Positions 10,631 to 26,400 of a stretch of 64,000 bases of DNA are shown in pieces. The stretch comes from Eledone cirrhosa. Lineage: Eukaryota. Below the pieces are notes generated by a model, which saw only the letters and a list, made by a program, of their open reading frames with translations, was not told where the DNA came from and searched no databases. Location: the NCBI GenBank assembly GCA_964016885.1, contig OZ024745.1, forward strand, positions 6,634,001-6,698,000. Reading direction: 5' to 3'. The position numbers and the translations under genes are program-made. Numbering within the stretch: the first letter of the stretch is position 1; each line of letters starts with the position of its first letter.

Positions 10631-13600
10631 CTCTATTGGTGACATGACACATTCACTTGGTCTCTATTGGTGACATGGCACATTCATTTTGTCTCTATTG
10701 GTGACATGACACATTCACTTTGTCACTATTGCTGACATGACACATTCATTTGGTCTCTATTGGTGACATGACACATTCACTTAGTCTCTATTGATGACAT
10801 AACACATTCACTTGGTCTCTATTGGTGACATGACACATTCACTTTTTCTCTATTGGTGACATGACACATTCACTTTGTCTCTATTGGTGACATGACACAT
10901 TAACTTTGTCTCTATTGGTGACATGACACATTAACTTTGTCTCTATTGGAGACATGACACATTCACTTGGTCTCTATTGGTGACATGACACATTCACTTT
11001 GTCTCTATTGGTGACATGACACCTTCACTTGGTCTCTATTGGTGACATGACACATTCACTTAGTCTCTATTGGTGACATGACACATTCACTTGCTCTCTA
11101 TTGGTGACATGACACATTCACTTTGTCTCTATTGGTGACATGACACCTTCACTTGGTCTCTATTGGTGACATGACACATTCACTTGGTCTCTATTGGTGA
11201 CATGGCACATTCATTTTGTCTCTATTGGTGACATGACACATTCACTTTGTCACTATTGCTGACATGACACATTCATTTGGTCTCTATTGGTGACATGACA
11301 CATTCACTTGGTCTCTATTGGTGATATGGCACATTCATTTTGTCTCTATTGGTGACATGACACATTCACTTTGTCACTATTGCTGATATGACACATTCAC
11401 TTTATCTTTATTGGTGATATGACACATTCACTTTGTCTCTATTGGTGACATGACACATTCACTTGGTCTCTATTGGCGACATGACACATTCATTTTATCT
11501 CTATTGGTGACATGGCACATTCATTTTGTCTCTATTGGTGACATGACACATTCACTTGGTCTCTATTGGTGACATCACACATTCACTTGGTCTCTATTTG
11601 TGACATGACACGTTCACTTTGTCTCTATTGGTGACATGACACATTCACTTTGTCTCTATTGGTGACATGGCACATTCATTCTGTCTCTATTGGTGACATG
11701 ACAGATTCACTTCGTCTCTATTGGTGACATGACAGATTCACTTTCTCTCTATTGGTGACATGACACATTCACTTTGTCTCTATTGGTGACATGACACATT
11801 CATTTGGTCTCTATTGGTGACATGACACATTCATTTGGTCTCTATTAGTGACATGACACATTCACTTTGTCTCTATTGGTGACATGACACATTCACTTGG
11901 TCTCTATTGTTGACATGACACATTCATTTGGTCTCTATTGGTGACATGACACATTCATTTGGTCTCTATTGGTGACATGACACATTCACTTTGTCTCTAT
12001 TGGTGACATGACACATTCACTTTGTCTCTATTGGTGACATGACACATTCATTTTGTGTCTTTTGGTGACATGACACATTCATTTTGTGTCTATTGGTGAC
12101 ATGACACATTCATTTGGTCTCTATTGGTGACATGACACATTCATTTGGTCTCTATTGGTGGCATGACACATTCACTTTGTCTCTATTGGTGACATGACAC
12201 ATTCATTTGGTCTCTATTGGTGACATGACACATTCATTTGGTCTCTATTGGTGACATGACACATTCATCTTGTCTCTATTGGTGACATGACACATTCACT
12301 TGGTCTCTATTGCTGACATGACACATTCACTTTGTCTCTATTGCTGACATGACACATTCATCTTGTCTTTATTGGTGACATGACACATTCATTTTGTCTC
12401 TATTGGTGACATGACACATTCATTTTGTCTCTATTGGTGATATGACACATTCACTTTGTATCTATTGCAGACATGACACATTCACTTTGTCTCTATTGCA
12501 GACATGACACATTCACTTTGTCTCTATTGGTGACATGACACATTCACTTTGTCTCTATTGGTGACATGTCACATTCACTTTGTCTCTATTGGTGACATGA
12601 CACCTTCACTTGGTCTCTATTGGTGACATGACACATTCACTTAGTCTCTATTGGTGACATGACACATTCATTCTGTCTCTATTGGTGACATGACACATTC
12701 ACTTTGTCTCTATTGGTGACATGACACATTAACTTTGTCTCTATTGGTGACATGACACATTCACTTGGTCCCTATTGCTGACATGACACATTCACTTTGT
12801 CTCTATTGGTAACATGACACATTCACTTAGTCTCTATTGATGACATAACACATTCACTTGGTCTCTATTGCTGACATGGCACATTCACTTTGTCTCTATT
12901 GGTGACATGACACATTCACTTTGTCTCTATTGGTGACATGACACATTAACTTTGTCTCTATTGGTGACATGACACATTAACTTTGTCTCTATTGGTGACA
13001 TGACACATTCACTTGGTCTCTATTGGTGACATGACACATTCACTTTGTCTCTATTGGTGACATGACACCTTCACTTGGTCTCTATTGGTGACATGACACA
13101 TTCACTTAGTCTCTATTGGTGACATGACACATTCATTCTGTCTCTATTGGTGACATGACACATTCACTTTGTCTCTATTGGTGACATGACACATTCAATT
13201 TGTCTCTATTGATGACATGACACATTCACTTGGTCTCTATTGGTGACATGACACATTCATTCTGTCTCTATTGGTGACATGACACATTCACTTTGTCTCT
13301 ATTGGTGACATGACACATTCAATTTGTCTCTATTGATGACATGACACATTCACTTGGTCTCTATTGGTGACATGACACATTCACTTTTTCTCTATTGGTG
13401 ACATGACACATTCACTTGGTCTCTATTGGTGACATGGCACATTCATTTTGTCTCTATTGGTGACGTGACACATTCACTTTGTCACTATTGCTGACATGAC
13501 ACATTCATTTGGTCTCTATTGGTGACATGACACATTCACTTGGTCTCTATTGGTGATATGGCACATTCACTTGGTCTCTATTGGTGACATGACACATTCA

Positions 13601-16600
13601 CTTTTTCTCTATTGGTGACATGACACATTCACTTGGTCTCTATTGGTGACATGGCACATTCATTTTGTCTCTATTGGTGACATGACACATTCACTTTGTC
13701 ACTATTGCTGACATGACACATTCATTTGGTCTCTATTGGTGACATGACACATTCACTTAGTCTCTATTGATGACATAACACATTCACTTGGTCTCTATTG
13801 GTGACATGACACATTCACTTTTTCTCTATTGGTGACATGACACATTCACTTGGTCTCTATTGGTGACATGACACATTAACTTTGTCTCTATTGGTGACAT
13901 GACACATTAACTTTGTCTCTATTGGTGACATGACACATTCACTTGGTCTCTATTGGTGACATGACACATTCACTTTGTCTCTATTGGTGACATGACACCT
14001 TCACTTGGTCTCTATTGGTGACATGACACATTCACTTTGTCTCTATTGGTGACATGACACCTTCACTGGGTCTCAATTGGTGACATGACACATTCACTTA
14101 GTCTCTATTGGTGACATGACACATTCATTCTGTCTCTATTGGTGACATGACACATTCACTTTGTCTCTATTGGTGACATGACACATTCACTTTGTCTCTA
14201 TTGATGACATGACACATTCACTTGGTCTCTATTGGTGACATGACACATTCACTTTTTCTCTATTGGTGACATGACACATTCACTTGGTCTCTATTGGTGA
14301 CATGGCACATTCATTTTAAGTCTATTGGTGACATGACACATTCACTTTGTCACTATTGCTGACATGACACATTCACTTTGTCACTATTGGTGATATGACA
14401 CATTCACTTTATCTTTATTGGTGATATGACACATTCACTTTGTCTCTATTGGTGACATGACACATTCACTTGGTCTCTATTGGCGACATGACACATTCAT
14501 TTTATCTCTATTGGTGACATGACACATTCATTTTGTCGCTATTGGTGACATGACACATTCACTTGGTCTCTATTGGTGACATCACACATTCACTTGGTCT
14601 CTATTTGTGACATGACACGTTCACTTTGTCTCTATTGGTAACATGACACATTCACTTTGTCTCTATTGGTGACATGTCACATTCATTCTGTCTCTATTGG
14701 TGACATGACACATTCACTTAGTCTCTATTGGTGACATGACACATTCACTTTGTCTCTATTGGTGACGTGACACATTCATTTTGTCTCTATTGGTGACATG
14801 ACACATTCACTTTGTCTCTATTAGTGACATGACACATTCATTTGGCTTCTATTGGTGACATGACACATTCATTTTGTCTCTATTGGTGACATGACACATT
14901 CACTTGGTCTCTATTGGTTACATGACACATTCATTTTATCTCTATTGGTGACATGACACATTCACTTTGTCTCTATTGGTAACATGACACAGTCACTTTG
15001 TCTCTATTGGTAACATGACACATTCACTTTATCTCTATTGGTGACATGACACATTCACTTTGTCTCTATTGGTAACATGACACATTCATTTTGTCTCTAT
15101 TGGTGACATGACACGTTCATTCTGTCTCTATTGGTGACATGACACTTTCACTTGGTCTCTATTGGTGACATGACACATTCACTTTCTCTCTATTGATGAC
15201 ATAACACATTCACTTTGTATCTATTGGTGACATGACACATTAACTTTGTCTCTATTGGTGACATGACACATTCACTTGGTCTCTATTGGTGACATGTCAC
15301 ATTCACTTTGTCTCTATTGGTGACATGACACCTTCACTTGGTCTCTATTGGTGACATGACACATTCACTTAGTCGCTATTGGTGACATGACACATTCATT
15401 CTGTCTCTATTGGTGACATGACACATTCACTTTGTCTCTATTGGTGACATGACACATTAACTTTGTCTCTATTGGTGACATGACACATTCACTTGGTCCC
15501 TATTGCTGACATGACACATTCACTTTGTCTCTATTGGTAACATGACACATTCACTTAGTCTCTATTGATGACATAACACATTCACTTGGTCTCTATTGCT
15601 GACATGGCACATTCACTTTGTCTCTATTGGTGACATGACACATTCACTTTGTCTCTATTGGTGACATGACACATTAACTTTGTCTCTATTGGTGACATGA
15701 CACATTAACTTTGTCTCTATTGGTGACATGACACATTCACTTGGTCTCTATTGGTGACATGACACATTCACTTTGTCTCTATTGGTGACATGACACCTTC
15801 ACTTGGTCTCTATTGGTGACATGACACATTCACTTAGTCTCTATTGGTGACATGAAACATTCATTCTGTCTCTATTGGTGACATGACACATTCACTTTGT
15901 CTCTATTGGTGACATGACACATTCAATTTGTCTCTATTGATGACATGACACATTCACTTGGTCTCTATTGGTGACATGACACATTCATTCTGTCTCTATT
16001 GGTGACATGACACATTCACTTTGTCTCTATTGGTGACATGACACATTCAATTTGTCTCTATTGATGACATGACACATTCACTTGGTCTCTATTGGTGACA
16101 TGACACATTCACTTTTTCTCTATTGGTGACATGACACATTCACTTGGTCTCTATTGGTGACATGGCACATTCATTTTGTCTCTATTGGTGACATGACACA
16201 TTCACTTTGTCACTATTGCTGACATGACACATTCATTTGGTCTCTATTGGTGACATGACACATTCACTTGGTCTCTATTGGTGATATGGCACATTCACTT
16301 GGTCTCTATTGGTGACATGACACATTCACTTTTTCTCTATTGGTGACATGACACATTCACTTGGTCTCTATTGGTGACATGGCACATTCATTTTGTCTCT
16401 ATTGGTGACATGACACATTCACTTTGTCACTATTGCTGACATGACACATTCATTTGGTCTCTATTGGTGACATGACACATTCACTTAGTCTCTATTGATG
16501 ACATAACACATTCACTTGGTCTCTATTGGTGACATGACACATTCACTTTTTCTCTATTGGTGACATGACACATTCACTTTGTCTCTATTGGTGACATGAC

Positions 16601-19600
16601 ACATTAACTTTGTCTCTATTGGTGACATGACACATTAACTTTGTCTCTATTGGTGACATGACACATTCACTTGGTCTCTATTGGTGACATGACACATTCA
16701 CTTTGTCTCTATTGGTGACATGACACCTTCACTTGGTCTCTATTGGTGACATGACACATTCACTTGGTCTCTATTGGTGACATGACACATTCACTTGCTC
16801 TCTATTGGTGACATGACACATTCACTTTGTCTCTATTGGTGACATGACACCTTCACTTGGTCTCTATTGGTGACATGACACATTCACTTGGTCTCTATTG
16901 GTGACATGGCACATTCATTTTGTCTCTATTGGTGACATGACACATTCACTTTGTCACTATTGCTGACATGACACATTCATTTGGTCTCTATTGGTGACAT
17001 GACACATTCACTTGGTCTCTATTGGTGATATGGCACATTCATTTTGTCTCTATTGGTGACATGACACATTCACTTTGTCACTATTGCTGATATGACACAT
17101 TCACTTTATCTTTATTGGTGATATGACACATTCACTTTGTCTCTATTGGTGACATGACACATTCACTTGGTCTCTATTGGCGACATGACACATTCATTTT
17201 ATCTCTATTGGTGACATGGCACATTCATTTTGTCTCTATTGGTGACATGACACATTCACTTGGTCTCTATTGGTGACATCACACATTCACTTGGTCTCTA
17301 TTTGTGACATGACACGTTCACTTTGTCTCTATTGGTGACATGACACATTCACTTTGTCTCTATTGGTGACATGGCACATTCATTCTGTCTCTATTGGTGA
17401 CATGACAGATTCACTTCGTCTCTATTGGTGACATGACAGATTCACTTTCTCTCTATTGGTGACATGACACATTCACTTTGTCTCTATTGGTGACATGACA
17501 CATTCATTTGGTCTCTATTGGTGACATGACACATTCATTTGGTCTCTATTAGTGACATGACACATTCACTTTGTCTCTATTGGTGACATGACACATTCAC
17601 TTGGTCTCTATTGTTGACATGACACATTCATTTGGTCTCTATTGGTGACATGACACATTCATTTGGTCTCTATTGGTGACATGACACATTCACTTTGTCT
17701 CTATTGGTGACATGACACATTCACTTTGTCTCTATTGGTGACATGACACATTCATTTTGTGTCTTTTGGTGACATGACACATTCATTTTGTGTCTATTGG
17801 TGACATGACACATTCATTTGGTCTCTATTGGTGACATGACACATTCATTTGGTCTCTATTGGTGGCATGACACATTCACTTTGTCTCTATTGGTGACATG
17901 ACACATTCATTTGGTCTCTATTGGTGACATGACACATTCATTTGGTCTCTATTGGTGACATGACACATTCATCTTGTCTCTATTGGTGACATGACACATT
18001 CACTTGGTCTCTATTGCTGACATGACACATTCACTTTGTCTCTATTGCTGACATGACACATTCATCTTGTCTTTATTGGTGACATGACACATTCATTTTG
18101 TCTCTATTGGTGACATGACACATTCATTTTGTCTCTATTGGTGATATGACACATTCACTTTGTATCTATTGCAGACATGACACATTCACTTTGTCTCTAT
18201 TGCAGACATGACACATTCACTTTGTCTCTATTGGTGACATGACACATTCACTTTGTCTCTATTGGTGACATGTCACATTCACTTTGTCTCTATTGGTGAC
18301 ATGACACCTTCACTTGGTCTCTATTGGTGACATGACACATTCACTTAGTCTCTATTGGTGACATGACACATTCATTCTGTCTCTATTGGTGACATGACAC
18401 ATTCACTTTGTCTCTATTGGTGACATGACACATTAACTTTGTCTCTATTGGTGACATGACACATTCACTTGGTCCCTATTGCTGACATGACACATTCACT
18501 TTGTCTCTATTGGTAACATGACACATTCACTTAGTCTCTATTGATGACATAACACATTCACTTGGTCTCTATTGCTGACATGGCACATTCACTTTGTCTC
18601 TATTGGTGACATGACACATTCACTTTGTCTCTATTGGTGACATGACACATTAACTTTGTCTCTATTGGTGACATGACACATTAACTTTGTCTCTATTGGT
18701 GACATGACACATTCACTTGGTCTCTATTGGTGACATGACACATTCACTTTGTCTCTATTGGTGACATGACACCTTCACTTGGTCTCTATTGGTGACATGA
18801 CACATTCACTTAGTCTCTATTGGTGACATGACACATTCATTCTGTCTCTATTGGTGACATGACACATTCACTTTGTCTCTATTGGTGACATGACACATTC
18901 AATTTGTCTCTATTGATGACATGACACATTCACTTGGTCTCTATTGGTGACATGACACATTCATTCTGTCTCTATTGGTGACATGACACATTCACTTTGT
19001 CTCTATTGGTGACATGACACATTCAATTTGTCTCTATTGATGACATGACACATTCACTTGGTCTCTATTGGTGACATGACACATTCACTTTTTCTCTATT
19101 GGTGACATGACACATTCACTTTGTCACTATTGCTGACATGACACATTCATTTGGTCTCTATTGGTGACATGACACATTCACTTGGTCTCTATTGGTGATA
19201 TGGCACATTCACTTGGTCTCTATTGGTGACATGACACATTCACTTTTTCTCTATTGGTGACATGACACATTCACTTGGTCTCTATTGGTGACATGGCACA
19301 TTCATTTTGTCTCTATTGGTGACATGACACATTCACTTTGTCACTATTGCTGACATGACACATTCATTTGGTCTCTATTGGTGACATGACACATTCACTT
19401 AGTCTCTATTGATGACATAACACATTCACTTGGTCTCTATTGGTGACATGACACATTCACTTTTTCTCTATTGGTGACATGACACATTCACTTGGTCTCT
19501 ATTGGTGACATGACACATTAACTTTGTCTCTATTGGTGACATGACACATTAACTTTGTCTCTATTGGTGACATGACACATTCACTTGGTCTCTATTGGTG

Positions 19601-20449
19601 ACATGACACATTCACTTTGTCTGTATTGGTGACATGACACCTTCACTTGGTCTCTATTGGTGACATGACACATTCACTTAGTCTCTATTGGTGACATGAC
19701 ACATTCACTTGCTCTCTATTGGTGACATGACACATTCACTTTGTCTCTATTGGTGACATGACACCTTCACTTGGTCTCTATTGGTGACATGACACATTCA
19801 CTTGGTCTCTATTGGTGACATGGCACATTCATTTTGTCTCTATTGGTGACATGACACATTCACTTTGTCACTATTGCTGACATGACACATTCATTTGGTC
19901 TCTATTGGTGACATGACACATTCACTTGGTCTCTATTGGTGATATGGCACATTCATTTTGTCTCTATTGGTGACATGACACATTCACTTTGTCACTATTG
20001 CTGATATGACACATTCACTTTATCTTTATTGGTGATATGACACATTCACTTTGTCTCTATTGGTGACATGACACATTCACTTGGTCTCTATTGGCGACAT
20101 GACACATTCATTTTATCTCTATTGGTGACATGACACATTCATTTTGTCTCTATTGGTGACATGACACATTCACTTGGTCTCTATTGGTGACATCACACAT
20201 TCACTTGGTCTCTATTTGTGACATGACACGTTCACTTTGTCTCTATTGGTGACATGACACATTCACTTTGTCTCTATTGGTGACATGGCACATTCATTCT
20301 GTCTCTATTGGTGACATGACAGATTCACTTTGTCTCTATTGGTGACATGACAGATTCACTTTCTCTCTATTGGTGACATGACACATTCACTTTGTCTCTA
20401 TTGGTGACATGACACATTCATTTGGTCTCTATTGGTGACATGACACATT

Positions 20450-23400
20450 CATTTGGTCTCTATTAGTGACATGACACATTCACTTTGTCTCTATTGGTGA
20501 CATGACACATTCACTTGGTCTCTATTGTTGACATGACACATTCATTTGGTCTCTATTGGTGACATGACACATTCATTTGGTCTCTATTGGTGACATGACA
20601 CATTCACTTTGTCTCTATTGGTGGCATGACACATTCACTTTGTCTCTATTGGTGACATGACACATTCATTTTGTGTCTTTTGGTGACATGACACATTCAT
20701 TTTGTGTCTATTGGTGACATGACACATTCATTTGGTCTCTATTGGTGACATGACACATTCATTTGGTCTCTATTGGTGGCATGACACATTCACTTTTTCT
20801 CTATTGGTGACATGACACATTCATTTGGTCTCTATTGGTGACATGACACATTCATTTGGTCTCTATTGGTGACATGACACATTCGTCTTGTCTCTATTGG
20901 TGACATGACACATTCACTTGGTCTCTATTGCTGACATGACACATTCACTTTGTCTCTATTGCTGACATGACACATTCATCTTGTCTTTATTGGTGACATG
21001 ACACATTCATTTTGTCTCTATTGGTGACATGACACATTCATTTTGTCTCTATTGGTGATATGACACTTCACTTTGTATCTATTGCAGACATGACACATTC
21101 ACTTTGTCTCTATTGCAGACATGACACATTCACTTTGTCTCTATTGGTGACATGACACATTCACTTTGTCTCTATTGGTGACATGACACATTCACTTGGT
21201 CTCTATTGGTGACATGACACATTCACTTTGTCTCTATTGCTGACATGACACATTCATCTTGTCTTTATTGGTGACATGACACATTCATTTTGTCTCTATT
21301 GGTGACATGACACATTCATTTTGTCTCTATTGGTGACATGACACATTCACTTGGACTCTATTGGTGACATGACACATTCATTTGGTCTCTATTGGTGACA
21401 TGACACATTCATTTGGTCTCTATTGGTGACATGACACATTCATTTGGTCTCTATTGGTGACATGACACATTCACTTTGTCTCTATTGCTGACATGACACA
21501 TTCATCTTGTCTTTATTGGTGACATGACACATTCATTTTGTCTCTATTGGTGACATGACACAGTCACTTTGTCTCTATTGGTGACATGACACGTTCATTT
21601 GTCTCTATTGGTGACATGACACATTCGTTTTGTCTCTATTGGTGACTGGACACATTCACTTGGTCTCTATTGGTGACATGACACATTCACTTTGTCTCTA
21701 TTGGTGACATGACACTCACTTTGTCTCTATTGGTAACATGACACATACACTTTGTCTCTACTGGTGACATGACACATTCATTTGGTCTCTATTGGTGACA
21801 TGACACATTCATTTGGTCTCTATTGGTGACATGACACATTCACTTTGTCTCTATTGGTGACGTGACACATTCATTTGGTCTCTATTGGTGACATGACACG
21901 TTCATTTGGTCTCTGTTGGTGACGTGACACATTCATTTGGTCTCTATTGGTGACATGACACGTTCATCTGGTCTCTATTGGTGACATGACACATTCATTT
22001 GGTCTCTATTGAAGACATGACACATTCATTTTGTCTCTATTGGTGACATGACACATTCACTTTGTCTCTATTGGTGACATGACACATTCACTTTGTCTCT
22101 ATTGGTGACATGACTCATTCACTTTGTCTCTATTGGTGACATGACACATTCACTTTGTCTCTATTGGTGACATGACACATTCACTTTGTCTCTATTGGTG
22201 GCATGACACATTCATTTGGTCTCTATTGGTGACATGACACATTCATTTGTCTCTATTGGTGACATGACACATTCATTTGGACTCTATTGGTGACATGACA
22301 CATTCACTTTGTCTCTATTGGTGACATGACACATTCACTTTGTCTCTATTGGTGACATGACACATTCACTTTGTCTCTATTGGTGACATGACACATTCAC
22401 TTGGTCTCTATTGGTGACATGACACATTCACTTTGTCTCTATTGGTGACATGACACATTCATTTGTCTCTATTGGTGACATGACACATTCATTTGGTCTC
22501 TATTGGTGACATGACACATTCACTTTGTCTCTATTGGTGACATGACACATTCACTTGGTCTCTATTGGTGACATGACACATTCATTTTGTGTCTATTAGT
22601 GACATGACACATTCATTTGGTCTCTATTGGTGACATGACACATTCGTTTGGTCTCTATTGGTGACATGACACATTCATTTGGTCTCTATTAGTGACATGA
22701 CACATTCACTTTGTCTCTATTGGTGACATGACACATTCACTTTGTCTCTATTGGTGACATGACACATTCACTTGGTCTCTATTGGTGACATGACACATTC
22801 ACTTTGTCTCTATTGGTGACATGACACATTCACTTTGTCTCTATTGGTGGCATGACACATTCATTTGGTCTCTATTGGTGACATGACACATTCATTTGTC
22901 TCTATTGGTGACATGACACATTCATTTGGTCTCTATTGGTGACATGACACATTCACTTTGTCTCTATTGGTGACATGACACATTCACTTTGTCTCTATTG
23001 GTGACATGACACATTCATTTTGTGTCTTTTGGTGACATGACACATTCATTTTGTGTCTATTGGTGACATGACACATTCATTTGGTCTCTATTGGTGACAT
23101 GACACATTCATTTTGTCTCTATTGGTGGCATGACACATTCACTTTGTCTCTATTGGTGACATGACACATTCACTTTGTCTCTATTGGTGACATGACACAT
23201 TCACTTTGTCTCTATTGGTGACATGACACATTCATTTGGTCTCTATTAGTGACATGACACATTCACTTTGTCTCTATTGGTGACATGACACATTCACTTG
23301 GTCTCTATTGTTGACATGACACATTCATTTGGTCTCTATTGGTGACATGACACATTCATTTGGTCTCTATTGGTGACATGACACATTCACTTTGTCTCTA

Positions 23401-26400
23401 TTGGTGGCATGACACATTCACTTTGTCTCTATTGGTGACATGACACATTCATTTTGTGTCTTTTGGTGACATGACACATTCATTTTGTGTCTATTGGTGA
23501 CATGACACATTCATTTGGTCTCTATTGGTGACATGACACATTCATTCGGTCTCTATTGGTGGCATGACACATTCACTTTTTCTCTATTGGTGACATGACA
23601 CATTCATTTGGTCTCTATTGGTGACATGACACATTCATTTGGTCTCTATTGGTGACATGACACATTCATCTTGTCTCTATTGGTGACATGACACATTCAC
23701 TTTGTCTCTATTGCTGACATGACACATTCACTTTGTCTCTATTGCTGACATGACACATTCATCTTGTCTTTATTGGTGACATGACACATTCATTTTGTCT
23801 CTATTGGTGACATGACACATTCATTTTGTCTCTATTGGTGATATGACACTTCACTTTGTATCTATTGCAGACATGACACATTCACTTTGTCTCTATTGCA
23901 GACATGACACATTCACTTTGTCTCTATTGGTGACATGACACATTCACTTTGTCTCTATTGGTGACATGACACATTCACTTGGTCTCTATTGGTGACATGA
24001 CACATTCACTTTGTCTCTATTGCTGACATGACACATTCATCTTGTCTTTATTGGTGACATGACACATTCATTTTGTCTCTATTGGTGACATGACACATTC
24101 ATTTTGTCTCTATTGGTGACATGACACATTCACTTGGACTCTATTGGTGACATGACACATTCATTTGGTCTCTATTGGTGACATGACACATTCATTTGGT
24201 CTCTATTGGTGACATGACACATTCATTTGGTCTCTATTGGTGACATGACACATTCACTTTGTCTCTATTGCTGACATGACACATTCATCTTGTCTTTATT
24301 GGTGACATGACACATTCATTTTGTCTCTATTGGTGACATGACACAGTCACTTTGTCTCTATTGGTGACATGACACGTTCATTTGTCTCTATTGGTGACAT
24401 GACACATTCGTTTTGTCTCTATTGGTGACTGGACACATTCACTTGGTCTCTATTGGTGACATGACACATTCACTTTGTCTCTATTGGTGACATGACACTC
24501 ACTTTGTCTCTATTGGTGACATGACACATACACTTTGTCTCTACTGGTGACATGACACATTCATTTGGTCTCTATTGGTGACATGACACATTCATTTGGT
24601 CTCTATTGGTGACATGACACATTCACTTTGTCTCTATTGGTGACGTGACACATTCATTTGGTCTCTATTGGTGACATGACACGTTCATTTGGTCTCTATT
24701 GGTGACGTGACACATTCATTTGGTCTCTATTGGTGACATGACACGTTCATCTGGTCTCTATTGGTGACATGACACATTCATTTGGTCTCTATTGAAGACA
24801 TGACACATTCATTTTGTCTCTATTGGTGACATGACACGTTCATCTGGTCTCTATTGGTGACATGACACATTCATTTGGTCTCTATTGAAGACATGACACA
24901 TTCATTTTGTCTCTATTGGTGACATGACACATTCACTTTGTCTCTATTGGTGACATGACACATTCACTTTGTCTCTATTGGTGACATGACTCATTCACTT
25001 TGTCTCTATTGGTGACATGACACATTCACTTTGTCTCTATTGGTGACATGACACATTCACTTTGTCTCTATTGGTGGCATGACACATTCATTTGGTCTCT
25101 ATTGGTGACATGACACATTCATTTGTCTCTATTGGTGACATGACACATTCATTTGGACTCTATTGGTGACATGACACATTCACTTTGTCTCTATTGGTGA
25201 CATGACACATTCACTTTGTCTCTATTGGTGACATGACACATTCACTTTGTCTCTATTGGTGACATGACACATTCACTTGGTCTCTATTGGTGACATGACA
25301 CATTCACTTTGTCTCTATTGGTGACATGACACATTCATTTGTCTCTATTGGTGACATGACACATTCATTTGGTCTCTATTGGTGACATGACACATTCACT
25401 TTGTCTCTATTGGTGATATGACACATTCACTTGGTCTCTATTGGTGACATGACACATTCATTTTGTGTCTATTAGTGACATGACACATTCATTTGGTCTC
25501 TATTGGTGACATGACACATTCGTTTGGTCTCTATTGGTGACATGACACATTCATTTGGTCTCTATTAGTGACATGACACATTCACTTTGTCTCTATTGGT
25601 GACATGACACATTCACTTTGTCTCTATTGGTGAAATGACACATTCACTTGGTCTCTATTGGTGACATGACACATTCACTTTGTCTCTATTGGTGACATGA
25701 CACATTCACTTTGTCTCTATTGGTGGCATGACACATTCATTTGGTCTCTATTGGTGACATGTCACATTCATTTGTCTCTATTGGTGACATGACACATTCA
25801 TTTGGTCTCTATTGGTGACATGACACATTCACTTTGTCTCTATTGGTGACATGACACATTCACTTTGTCTCTATTGGTGACATGACACATTCATTTTGTG
25901 TCTTTTGGTGACATGACACATTCATTTTGTGTCTATTGGTGACATGACACATTCATTTGGTCTCTATTGGTGACATGACACATTCATTTTGTCTCTATTG
26001 GTGGCATGACACATTCACTTTGTCTCTATTGGTGACATGACACATTCACTTTGTCTCTATTGGTGACATGACACATTCACTTTGTCTCTATTGGTGACAT
26101 GACACATTCATTTGGTCTCTATTAGTGACATGACACATTCACTTTGTCTCTATTGGTGACATGACACATTCACTTGGTCTCTATTGTTGACATGACACAT
26201 TCATTTGGTCTCTATTGGTGACATGACACATTCATTTGGTCTCTATTGGTGACATGACACATTCACTTTGTCTCTATTGGTGGCATGACACATTCACTTT
26301 GTCTCTATTGGTGACATGACACATTCATTTTGTGTCTTTTGGTGACATGACACATTCATTTTGTGTCTATTGGTGACATGACACATTCATTTGGTCTCTA

